Below, piece after piece: positions 21,056-29,988 of a stretch of 64,000 bases of DNA. The notes below the pieces were generated by a model that was not told the DNA's origin, did no database searches, and saw nothing but the letters and a program-made list of their open reading frames with translations. The translations under genes were made by a program, and so were the position numbers. Position 1 is the first letter of the stretch, and each line of letters opens with the position of its first letter. Source of the stretch: Tepidisphaera sp. (GTDB lineage Bacteria; Planctomycetota; Phycisphaerae; Phycisphaerales; UBA1924); NCBI GenBank assembly GCA_050916045.1, contig CP051526.1:2400001-2464000 (forward strand). Reading direction: 5' to 3'.

Positions 21056-23896
21056 TCAGACCGCCGACGTGTTCGGCGCGGGAGCCGAGGCCGGAGCCGC
21101 GGGCTCACTTTCAGGAGCCTCAGGAGCTTCGGGTGCTTCGGGTGCCTCCGCAGCCTCGGGCGCTTCAGGAGCTTCGGGCGTTTCCGGAGCCTCCGGGGCC
21201 TCAGCCTCATCGATCGTCTCGGGAGCGACGCTCTCACTTTCAAGCTCGTTGAGGCGCTCTTCGAGCGCTTCGGCACGCTCTTCGGCCTGTTCGAGCATCC
21301 TCTCGAGCGCCTCGACGCGATTCTCGAGCGCTTCGGCCTGGTTCTCCAGAGCCTCCGAGCGGGTATGAAGCCGCTTGGACGCGACCTCAAGCTCCGCACG
21401 TTCCTCGGCACTCAGGCTTGCCGCCCGCGTCTCAAGCTCGATCGCAAGCTCACGAAGCTCTTCGGCCCGATCACGAGCGGTCTCCGCCTCCTCGCGGGCC
21501 CGCTCGGTGTCGCGCTCGAACGCGTCGCGGCTGCTCTCGATCTCGCGGAGCATCTCGCGGTAACGCTGGGCCGAGTCCTTCGCGGCTTTGCCCTGCGCCC
21601 GCGCGGCTTCAATCTGAGCCAGCCCGAGGTACCGCCCCTCCACCGTGGCCAGGCCGTTCGAAGCCGGGAACGCCGCGCCGGCTTTGGGCGTCCCGCCCAC
21701 GATCCCGATGAACTTCTCGAACACGGCGTGCTCGGAGTCGTTGGCCCAGATGATGATCCCGCCGCTCGTCCGCTGCACCAGAATCGGCACATCGTCGCGG
21801 CTCATGAAGCAGTAGAACGAGTCAAGCTTGTCCTCGGGAAGCGTGTACTCGCGGGCGGTGCGGCCGACGGTGTAGTGCTCCATGCCCGCGGGAACATTCA
21901 GTTGCCCCTGGGCCTCACGCGTCAGAGGCACGCCCGGCACCGAAATGGAATCCCGGAGCAACGGCTGGCCCGGAACAACCTTCAAGTCGGCGAGCGGTTC
22001 ACCCGGCACGGTGAGCGCAAGAGGCGCGGTCGGTGCCTTGGGGGCACGCGGAGCCCGAGCGGGCTGCGTCGCGCGGGGCGCGGTCTGTCCCCGCGTGCCG
22101 GTGCTGCTGGGTGGCAGGGCGCGGCCCTCAACGGTCACGCCGTCGCGCATCGCGTCCAGCGCCGGAGCCTCGCCAAAGAACGTGACTCCGGGCTCGGCGG
22201 GCTGCGTGCCGCGGGCCTTGCCGGTTCCCTTCTTCGTGGTCTTCACGGGCTCGCCGGGCACGATCACGGCCGTGCGTCCGTCGCTCGTGAGCACGCGGAT
22301 CTCCTTGGTTGCCGCGACGTCCTTGGCTTCCTTCTCCGGGGGGCAGGCCAGCCCCGGCATCACGAACGTTCCCGCCGTGAGGATCAGGGTCGCGACGCAC
22401 ACGCCGATCACCGACTTTCCAGGAGCCGACCGTTCCGTCATCACCATCGTAATTCTCCTTGCCAATCGCTTGGCTGACTTCGACACGACCCCGAGCCATG
22501 GTCCACCTTGACGCTCATTGAGACTGATGTACGACGTGGTCACCAGCAGCGCGGACGCGTACGCCCGGCGGTGCCTCGGAAAGAGGCTTGTGACCCACGC
22601 GTCGCACGACGCTTCCGCTTCATCATGCAGACGCTTCCGCGCCCACCACACCACAGGATGCCACCAGTAGATCGCTCCGATCGCCGCTTGCACCCAGCAG
22701 ACCAGATGATCCCCGCGACGCACGTGAGCCAGTTCGTGGACCAGCACCGCCCGGCGGGCGTCGCTGTCAAGCGTCCGCCAGAGCCTTTCGGGCAGGATCA
22801 GCCGCGTCTTCCACCCGCACCAGATCATCGGCGACACCGCCGCATCCACGAAGTACGCTTGCGGCGTCTTGCTCAGCCCCAGCGCATCCCCCACCTGACG
22901 CACCGAAGCCTGCACCGAAGCGTCCGCGGGCGTCGCTCGCTTGACCCATCGCCCCGCGAGAAGCGTCCGCACCAGACTGATCGTCACCAGAAGCATCGCG
23001 CCGCCCACCCACACCACACCGGGAACACGCGGAAGCTCCGCGATCGCGTCCCGCACATTCAGAAGGCGCACCAGCCACGCCCGCACATCCGCCCAGCTCG
23101 AACCCGCCGCCGCCGCGATGGGCGCTGCCGATGGCTCGGTGGCGATCTCCGTCGGGACAGAGGGTGTCATCGCCACACGCGATGCCTCACGCTCAATGGT
23201 CGCTCCGGGTGCTTCGACAGGGCCAGGTGCCTCGATAGGGCCAGGTGCCCGCGCACCACGATCCAACGGCACGAAAGCCCCGCCTAAAGAGTGGCTGTCG
23301 CTGCGCGGGGCACGCGCCGGCTCCGCCGTGACCGCGAAGGGGTCCACACGCGAGCCGGTCGTCATCGTCGGGACCGCGTGCGCCGCATCATCAACTCCCG
23401 AAAGCACACCGGCGTGCACCGATTCCGAAGGACGCTCGGCGATGCTGAGATTCGCGGTGAAATCCAAAGCCAGCGAGGGCGGCGTCGCGATCCCAAGCGG
23501 CTCAAGTTTGATCCCGTCGCGACGGACCGGCGGGAAAGCGGGCTCGACTGGTGCCGTAGGTTGGCGAGCCGCGTCCAACCCGCCCGCGGCGAGCGTGCTG
23601 ACTTCTGGCGAAGCAGGCTTGACCGCCGCGGGATCCGCAGCGGATCCATCCGAAAGGACCGAGTCGGCCACCGCGATCAGACTGTCCGAGCGGAACCACT
23701 GCGGCCGCCAGATCATCGCGCCGAGCATCGGCGTGACAAACGACGCGAGCACCGCGAACCAGAGCATGTGCCGCGTCGAGGGACGCAGGCTCTTGCACCG
23801 GCAGACGCAGCCCACGAGCAGCGCCAGGGGGGAAGCGGCCAGCCCGCCCATCCAGAGCAGGTCCGCCGTCCGTGAGATGAGCTCATCTGTCGCCAT
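21056..23896 (-). CDS. BlaR1/M56 family metallopeptidase signal transducer with non-penicillin-binding C-terminus
   Basis: TRHMLWFAVL, SPMIWCG, LVHELAHVRRGD, YWWHPVVWW, EAEASCD, YASALL; adjacent to blaI. Confidence 0.85.
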   Translation of the reverse strand: MATDELISRTADLLWMGGLAASPLALLVGCVCRCKSLRPSTRHMLWFAVLASFVTPMLGAMIWRPQWFRSDSLIAVADSVLSDGSAADPAAVKPASPEVSTLAAGGLDAARQPTAPVEPAFPPVRRDGIKLEPLGIATPPSLALDFTANLSIAERPSESVHAGVLSGVDDAAHAVPTMTTGSRVDPFAVTAEPARAPRSDSHSLGGAFVPLDRGARAPGPIEAPGPVEAPGATIEREASRVAMTPSVPTEIATEPSAAPIAAAAGSSWADVRAWLVRLLNVRDAIAELPRVPGVVWVGGAMLLVTISLVRTLLAGRWVKRATPADASVQASVRQVGDALGLSKTPQAYFVDAAVSPMIWCGWKTRLILPERLWRTLDSDARRAVLVHELAHVRRGDHLVCWVQAAIGAIYWWHPVVWWARKRLHDEAEASCDAWVTSLFPRHRRAYASALLVTTSYISLNERQGGPWLGVVSKSAKRLARRITMVMTERSAPGKSVIGVCVATLILTAGTFVMPGLACPPEKEAKDVAATKEIRVLTSDGRTAVIVPGEPVKTTKKGTGKARGTQPAEPGVTFFGEAPALDAMRDGVTVEGRALPPSSTGTRGQTAPRATQPARAPRAPKAPTAPLALTVPGEPLADLKVVPGQPLLRDSISVPGVPLTREAQGQLNVPAGMEHYTVGRTAREYTLPEDKLDSFYCFMSRDDVPILVQRTSGGIIIWANDSEHAVFEKFIGIVGGTPKAGAAFPASNGLATVEGRYLGLAQIEAARAQGKAAKDSAQRYREMLREIESSRDAFERDTERAREEAETARDRAEELRELAIELETRAASLSAEERAELEVASKRLHTRSEALENQAEALENRVEALERMLEQAEERAEALEERLNELESESVAPETIDEAEAPEAPETPEAPEAPEAAEAPEAPEAPEAPESEPAAPASAPAPNTSAV
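21110..21208 (-). repeat. imperfect 9-bp tandem repeat encoding (EAP)n
   Basis: EAEAPEAPETPEAPEAPEAAEAPEAPEAPEAPE at the BlaR1 C-terminus. Confidence 0.85.
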
Positions 23897-23966
23897 CGTC
23901 CTGCTCCGTCAGAGCCGCCGTTCCGCCGTGCTTGTCCCAATCCGTTGAGAAGCCCGGTCCAAAGGT

Positions 23967-24368
23967 TCAGTCCCGCGAGTCCGGCTCGCGCGAGTCCAGG
24001 TCATCGATGAGCTTGCGAAGCTGGGCGATCTCGTTCCCCGAGAGCTTTTCGTTCTCGATAAGTTGGAGGATCATCGGCCCGGCCGCGCCGTCATAAAGCT
24101 GGTCCACCAGCATCTTGATGCGCGAAGCGCTCACACTCTCGCGCGAAATCTTCGCCCGGTAGACATACGCGGTGTCCCGCTTGTCGCTGGCGACCACGCT
24201 CTTCTGCTCAAGGCGTGTCAGGAAGGTCAGAACGGTGGTGTATGCGACGGGCCGGCCACGCTCGTGCAGCCTGTTCATCACGTCCCGCACCGTGAGCGGG
24301 CCCTCATCCCAAAGAACCCGCATCACCGCGAGTTCCGCTTCTCCGAGTTCGACCGGTCGCTTGGCCAT
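23967..24368 (-). CDS. BlaI/MecI/CopY family repressor
   Basis: LGEAELAVMRVLW, AYTTVLTFLTRLEQK, AYVYRAKISRE, EIAQLRKLI. Confidence 0.92.
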   Translation of the reverse strand: MAKRPVELGEAELAVMRVLWDEGPLTVRDVMNRLHERGRPVAYTTVLTFLTRLEQKSVVASDKRDTAYVYRAKISRESVSASRIKMLVDQLYDGAAGPMILQLIENEKLSGNEIAQLRKLIDDLDSREPDSRD

Positions 24369-24413
24369 CGTGGTTCCGTTTCCCGGACCGGGCGGGGCCG
24401 ATCCGTGGGGCTC

Positions 24414-24471
24414 TACTACCGCTGTCGTAGCCCTCCCTCGGAAAGATACTACAGACGTCGTAGGCTGTCAA
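24414..24471 (-). promoter_or_regulatory. sigma70 promoter with two putative BlaI operators
   Basis: minus strand TTGACA (24471-24466), 17 bp, TATCTT (24448-24443); TACTAC-N4-GTCGTA at 24414-24429 and 24447-24462. Confidence 0.75.
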
Positions 24472-24743
24472 TCGCTTTTTCGGAATTCCCCAAGAAAATT
24501 TCGCGAGGGCGTTCTTTGCGCTTCTCAGCGTTCGATCTCGGGGTCATACCCGGGCCCCACCGAAGGACCGCCGCCGTGCGCACCGGGCCCGCGATGGTCG
24601 CCCGAGGCCGTGGATGCCCCGCCATGAGGCCGCTTCGGCCAAGGTCCCGAGGCCCTCGGCCATCGCGCCGCGGGCCGGAGGCGGGATCCTGACGCAAGTC
24701 GCCCTTTGCGCGCCCGTGCAAGGTGTTCGCACAACTCGCATCG

Positions 24744-24812
24744 TGCCCCGTGCACGCGACCCGCTTCTTTGACTACGACGCGTTCGTGGTGGCTTTCGAG
24801 ACGGGCTGCTGA
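24744..24812 (+). pseudogene. orphan eroded GC-type dockerin C-terminal tail
   Basis: reads CPVHATRFFDYDAFVVAFETGC-stop; in-frame stop at 24690, so there is no parent gene. Confidence 0.7.
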
Positions 24813-24832
24813 AGCCTGAACATGGTTCTCAT

Positions 24833-24864
24833 CCGCCGCCCGGGCGTGAACGCCCGGGCGGCGG
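24833..24864. repeat. strong GC hairpin (terminator or REP-like)
   Basis: CCGCCGCCCGGGCG-TGAA-CGCCCGGGCGGCGG. Confidence 0.6.
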
Positions 24865-24974
24865 CTTCCAGGATGTTCCGGGACAAGACGGACGGGGGCG
24901 TATGGGTGAGGGCATTCGCGAGGATCGGCGAGATTCGGCGGGGTGGCGGCAGATGGTCAGGATGCCGCGAGCGA

Positions 24975-25745
24975 TCAGCGAGAGAGGCGGAATGAACGCG
25001 AAAAAGGCGGGGTGCGGGGGATCGAACGGGGCGGATGGCGGAGCGGCTTGCGGCCGCATTCGGGGCAGATGAGCGTCAAGCGGCGAGGCTTGGGGTAGGC
25101 GCAGTAGGGGCATTGGCGTCGACGAATCCGACTGAAGTACTTCGCGGCATAGATGTGCTGTCGCGCGCGTACGGCGACGATCGGCACGAGCACCTGTATC
25201 GCGAGATACTGCGCCGCGAGGTCGCAGGCCGCTTGCGTGTCGTACGCGATCCAGGGCGAGGGGGCCATGATGAAATCACGGTGGATGCGATCTACCTGGA
25301 AAGCCCCCATGTGACTGGAACGCCATTTCTCCACAGTGATCTCTTGGGGAAGGATCGTCCAATTCTTCGTGACCAGCTTCTCGCCGACGCGGGAATTCGT
25401 GATCGCATTGATGGAACCACCACGAATGGCGACGGTCCGCCAACGAAGCAGCGCGTCAGGTGCTTGGAGTTTCGTCCACTCCACGAAGCAGATTGTCGGT
25501 GGCTCGTGTGAATCTCGCGGGGAAGGCACGATCGGGCCGGACCATGATTCCACAAGATCCTCGCGATGAAGATACGAGGCGGAGGTCGGTGAAGACGGGA
25601 CCCCTGTGTCGGCGGAGCTTCGCACGACGAGAATGGTGAGGCCTACGAGGAGCATCGCCGCGACAACCTCCGGCCACCACCGCGTGGCGAAGCTTGCGCG
25701 GCGGTTGAGCACGATCGATGCTTTGGCTGGAAACACTCGCGTCAT
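24975..25745 (-). CDS. hypothetical membrane protein with C-terminal double-CxxC zinc ribbon
   Basis: two TM segments; RRRQCPYCAYPKPRRLTLICPECG. Confidence 0.6.
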   Translation of the reverse strand: MTRVFPAKASIVLNRRASFATRWWPEVVAAMLLVGLTILVVRSSADTGVPSSPTSASYLHREDLVESWSGPIVPSPRDSHEPPTICFVEWTKLQAPDALLRWRTVAIRGGSINAITNSRVGEKLVTKNWTILPQEITVEKWRSSHMGAFQVDRIHRDFIMAPSPWIAYDTQAACDLAAQYLAIQVLVPIVAVRARQHIYAAKYFSRIRRRQCPYCAYPKPRRLTLICPECGRKPLRHPPRSIPRTPPFSRSFRLSR

Positions 25746-26204
25746 GATGATCGGTCGGCAAACCTAGGGTGACCATGCGCGGCGATCGCTTGCGCGATCG
25801 TCTCTTTCGGGAGGTTCTCCTTTTTCGGAGGCCGCAAAAACGACATCGCCCGGCGGGGGGCCGGGCGAATCGGGAATGGAGCGAGCCGGACGCTAATTGA
25901 ACTGTTCGTGGTTCACTCGGGCACATCGATTGAATCCCCTCACCAGTCCGGCTGACGCCTGAAAGTTCACCCCCTAACTGGCACAGTCTCGGGGCAAGCG
26001 CAGTGCACGGAGTGCTCTGATACGCTGGGGCGTTGAAACCGGGGGAAGGTCAGTGCTTCTGGACGTTGCATAAAGGGTTGCGCAACGTCCCGTCGCGAGG
26101 ACGGTTCAAGCTCGCCTCGCGGTCCCAGGATAAGGCGACGAGTTTGAACTACTCCGTAAGTGCTGATGGTCTCGGCACTGACCGAGGCCACCAAACCGTC
26201 AAAG

Positions 26205-29200
26205 TCGGGGTGACAGGACACGGTTTGAACTTTTCGTCGAGGGAATACGTCTTTGGGAGCCAGAAACGCGGTTTTTGCTGGGCGTGGAACCGTAAAGTCT
26301 CGAAAGGACAGCCAACCGCCACCGCCTTCCGGACCGCTGGTTCGGGGCGGAACGATCCGCGGCATCCAGCGCACCGGGCAGGCCCGCCCCGAGCGACCAG
26401 CGCGAGTACCGCTTAATCGCTAGCGTCAGCCGCAGCGAAACGATGCTGAGCTTCGAGTCGGGCAAGGGCGGGATGCAGGCCCACTACTTCTCACGCTGGG
26501 TGAGCACGAGCGGGGCGATCGGGCCTCGGAGCGAGACGGAGTCGGCGACTGTTGCGGCATGATGCCCGCGGGGGACGCTCACGCGCCGGACATCGCCGTT
26601 CGCACGGCCGGACTTGCCGTCCTTACGCGCAGGCTTGCGAACGTTGTTTCATGGACTCGATGGCTTTGCTTCCCTCTCTGTGTCCGCCGCCTTCCGCGAG
26701 TGCCGCTGGAAGAACTCCCACACCCGCTCGGCCCCGGAGAACGACGCGATCGGCGCGTTGCCGTCGCGCCGGGACTTGGAGCCCGGCCAGCCGTGCCCAC
26801 CCGCTGAGTCCACCACGAATTCGGTCACAGCTCCACCGGGCCCGGCCTCGTACGTCGTGGTTGTGACGGTTCCGCCAATGTCGACTTTCGGCTCGGGCAG
26901 CGACTTGTTCGCGCGGACCCAGAACTGCACAACGTCCTTCAGCGGCTTGTACGGGGCTTCCTGCGCACGCTTCACGATCGGGTTGCGGCTCATGCCACCG
27001 TCGAGGGGCACTTCTTCATCCTTCGCGCCGTTGATGATGAGAACGGGCAGCGGCACGGCGGGCACGTTGTCGAAGGTGAACATGCTCGCCACGACCGGCG
27101 CGATCGCGGCCAGCCGCTGCGGGCGGGCCACGGCGTAGACGAAGGTCATCATCCCGCCGTTGGAGCCCCCGGTCATGTAGATGCGTTCCGAGTCCGCGCC
27201 GTGATCGCGTACGAGCGTGTCGATGAGCGTGTCGAAGTACGCGATGTCGTCTGCGTCTTGTACCTGCTGTCTGAGCAGAAAGCCGGTGTTCCACGCGTGC
27301 CGCGGCTCGCCCGCGGGGCCGAAGCGGGTCCCCTCGGCATACACCACCATGAATCCGCTCTTCTTGGCAACGGCGTCGAAGCCGGAGTTGGCCCGCATGA
27401 CCTCCGCGCTGCCCATCCCGCCGTGCAGCACGATCACCGCGGGACGTTTGGCAGCGCCCTCCGGGGCATTGACGACCACCGCCCGGCGCTTGGCACCCTT
27501 GATGTCAAAGGTCACTTCGGCGTCAGGCTTTGCTGCTGTCGGCGGCTTCGCTTCCGACTTGGTGTCTGCCGCATTCCGCGCGTGCTTCTGGAAGAACTCC
27601 CACATCAGGTCGTTTGCCGAGATGTCCTTCGTTGAAGGACCGAGCATCTCCAGCGGCGGCTCGCGCCCGGGCCAGGTGTGCCCGCCGCCGGTGATCTCAA
27701 TGAGCACGACTTCCGTGCCGTCCTTGCCGCCGCCCCAAGTCTTGCGTGTGACGGTCATGCCGTCGGCCGCGGCGTCGGGGAGTTGCACGACCTCTGGCGG
27801 CTGAGCGCAGCCGTTGGCTTTGATCCATTGATCCAGCGAGTGCTGCACCGAGAGGAAGACCGGGCGCACATTGGTGAGCGCGTTGCCTTTGCCCTGACCG
27901 CCGTTGAACGGGGCCTGCGCATCGGCGGTGCCATGAAAGTGCATCACCGCAACGGGGCGCGTGGGCTTGCAGGTTTCGGTGCCCATCGGCCCGCCGACGG
28001 GCGCGATCGCGGCGAAGCGGTCGGCAAGTTCGGACGCAACGCGATACGCCATGATCCCGCCGTTGGACATGCCCGTCGCGTAGACGCGGTTCGCATCGAC
28101 GTTGGCCACCGTCGCCAGATCGTCGAGCATCGCCCGAGTGAAGCCGACATCGTCGATGCTGTTGTCCATCGCATAGCCGCAGCAGTTACCGCCGTTGAAG
28201 GTGAGTAGGCGATTGGGCAGCCGCCCCGTGCCGTACGGGTAGGCGACGATGAAGCCCGCCTCGTCAGCCTTGTCGTTAAGCCCGCTGAAGTTCACCATCG
28301 TTTCAGGGTTGCCGCCGCCGCCGTGGAACACGACGACCACGGGCGTGGGCCGGGCCGCGTCGTAGCCGCGCGGGATGTAGACCAGCGAACGGCGGTCGAG
28401 CGTGCCGACCTTGACCGAGCGTGTGATGGTCTTGCCGGGGGCGAGCGCGGGCTTCGCGGGTGCGGCGGGCTTGGTCGTTGCGGCGGGCGGCTCGCCAAAC
28501 GCCGCGCGATAGAACACCCAGTTGTCGTCGCCCATAGCGGCCAGCACGCGCATCGGGTCGTGCTCTATGCCGGGGAGCACCGTCCAGGTGTGCGGGACCT
28601 TCAAGCCTTCGAGGTGCTCGTGGAACTCCTTGTTCGCAGCGAACGTCTCGTCCTTGTCGCCGATCACCACGCGGACCAGCGAGCCCCTGGTGATCGCAGC
28701 GATGTTCTGCTCGGCCAGCACGCGCGGGCTGACGGCGCGGAAGTACGCCTGATCGCCGCCGTAGACCTTCGCGAGCACTTCCGCGGCCCGCTGGCGCCCG
28801 GCCCTCGGGGCTTGGATCAACTCCGCCTGCATCGGCCCCGCGCCGACGATCGACACCGCCCTGAACATCTCAGGGAACTTGAAGCCCAGCCGCGCCGAGC
28901 CGTAACCGCCCATGCTGAAGCCATCGAGCAGGCGACCCGCCCGCGTGGCGATGGTGCGGTGCGTCGCGTCGATGTGCGGCACGAGGTCCTTGACGATCAC
29001 GCTCTCCAGCGGCACGGTGCCGTCCTTCCAATCGACGTACATCCCCTCGACCAGCCCGTTGACGAACACGACCAGGCACGGCGGCGTCTTGCCCGCCTCG
29101 ATCGCGGCATCAAAGTGGGCCGCAACCTTGGCGATCCCCGCTGCGCCGCCGCCCGAGCCGTGCAGCCAGTAGACGACGGGGAAGCGCCGGTCCTTGTTCG

Positions 29201-29928
29201 CCTCTCCGTCGTACGCCGCGGGCGTGTAGAGGTGGTAACTGACCTTGGTCTTTGCAGCAGCGCTGTCAAAGCTATGGAACGACACCTTTGGGGCTGTCAG
29301 TTCGGGCGTCACCCATTGAGGACCGGGCCCCACGTCATGGCCCGCGCGAATCCTCTCGCCCTGCTTGTTGCCATCCACCGACTTCTGGGCAAGAGCCGGG
29401 CTATTCAGCAGCGCGAGCGATGCGACGATCAAGGCGGCTGCGGCAATCAAGAGCGGCACCGCCCGTCGGGTCGTGTGATGGCGAGTGCGGGAAGTGGCAC
29501 TGTTGTATCGCCCGGCCAGTGCCATAGCCAAGTTCCCGGCAGAGATCTCGCTTCGCATGGTGGTAGGGTAACGACGATCTCGTTGCGTGATTGCGGGAGG
29601 GGGCTGCACTTCAGTGACGGCCATTCACCGTGGCGGCGTATCGCCTTCGTCCGGCCGCGCGCAAGTCACGTCGAGCGGCGCCGTGCCGATCGTCGTTTCC
29701 TTGATCGCGGCGAGCAGCTCGCACCTCGTTGTTCCCCGCTAATCGCCGGGCATAAGGGGTGGCGAGTTCAAATCCCGTCAACAGTCGGCCCGAAAGAACC
29801 CGATTCTGCCGATCGGCAGACATTGATTGAACAAGTTCGAAGGAACACAAATCCCTGCCCCGTAACGAGAAAGCCCTTCGATGGGCACATCGAAGGGCTT
29901 GATCTCTCGAAGAATCGGGGTCACAGGA
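26205..29928. mobile_element. decayed islet bounded by tRNA-Pro 3' end repeats
   Basis: TCGGGGTGACAGGA at 26205-26218 and TCGGGGTCACAGGA at 29915-29928; recombinase-like tail at the right end. Confidence 0.6.
26649..29525 (-). CDS. secreted triple alpha/beta hydrolase (esterase plus two PHB-depolymerase/LpqC-like domains)
   Basis: signal peptide ending ALAQ; nucleophile motifs GFSMGG, GMSNGG, GGSNGG; His motifs GIEHD, GGHTWPG, GGHGWPG; start uncertain (up to 29624). Confidence 0.85.
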   Translation of the reverse strand: MALAGRYNSATSRTRHHTTRRAVPLLIAAAALIVASLALLNSPALAQKSVDGNKQGERIRAGHDVGPGPQWVTPELTAPKVSFHSFDSAAAKTKVSYHLYTPAAYDGEANKDRRFPVVYWLHGSGGGAAGIAKVAAHFDAAIEAGKTPPCLVVFVNGLVEGMYVDWKDGTVPLESVIVKDLVPHIDATHRTIATRAGRLLDGFSMGGYGSARLGFKFPEMFRAVSIVGAGPMQAELIQAPRAGRQRAAEVLAKVYGGDQAYFRAVSPRVLAEQNIAAITRGSLVRVVIGDKDETFAANKEFHEHLEGLKVPHTWTVLPGIEHDPMRVLAAMGDDNWVFYRAAFGEPPAATTKPAAPAKPALAPGKTITRSVKVGTLDRRSLVYIPRGYDAARPTPVVVVFHGGGGNPETMVNFSGLNDKADEAGFIVAYPYGTGRLPNRLLTFNGGNCCGYAMDNSIDDVGFTRAMLDDLATVANVDANRVYATGMSNGGIMAYRVASELADRFAAIAPVGGPMGTETCKPTRPVAVMHFHGTADAQAPFNGGQGKGNALTNVRPVFLSVQHSLDQWIKANGCAQPPEVVQLPDAAADGMTVTRKTWGGGKDGTEVVLIEITGGGHTWPGREPPLEMLGPSTKDISANDLMWEFFQKHARNAADTKSEAKPPTAAKPDAEVTFDIKGAKRRAVVVNAPEGAAKRPAVIVLHGGMGSAEVMRANSGFDAVAKKSGFMVVYAEGTRFGPAGEPRHAWNTGFLLRQQVQDADDIAYFDTLIDTLVRDHGADSERIYMTGGSNGGMMTFVYAVARPQRLAAIAPVVASMFTFDNVPAVPLPVLIINGAKDEEVPLDGGMSRNPIVKRAQEAPYKPLKDVVQFWVRANKSLPEPKVDIGGTVTTTTYEAGPGGAVTEFVVDSAGGHGWPGSKSRRDGNAPIASFSGAERVWEFFQRHSRKAADTEREAKPSSP

Positions 29929-29933
29929 TTTGA
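29805..29933 (+). pseudogene. C-terminal remnant of a large serine recombinase
   Basis: VTRKPFDGHIEGLDLSKNRGHRI-stop overlapping the tRNA-Pro 3' end, resembling recalled RKPFDxxxEGL...SRGDRI tails. Confidence 0.5.
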
Positions 29934-29988
29934 ACCCAAGACCCTCTGACCCCCTGTCAAACGTGCTATCCAGCCGCGCAACACCCCG
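29915..29988 (-). pseudogene. degenerate tRNA-Pro(GGG)
   Basis: CGGGGTG...TTTGA-CAGGGGG-TCAGA...GGTTCAAATCCTGTGACCCCGA; U33 lost, acceptor and T stems mispaired. Confidence 0.7.

Noticed and set aside
29745..29785. Second tRNA on plus (GGCGAGTTCAAATCCCGTCA)
   Set aside because: Only a T-loop-like fragment; no cloverleaf can be built
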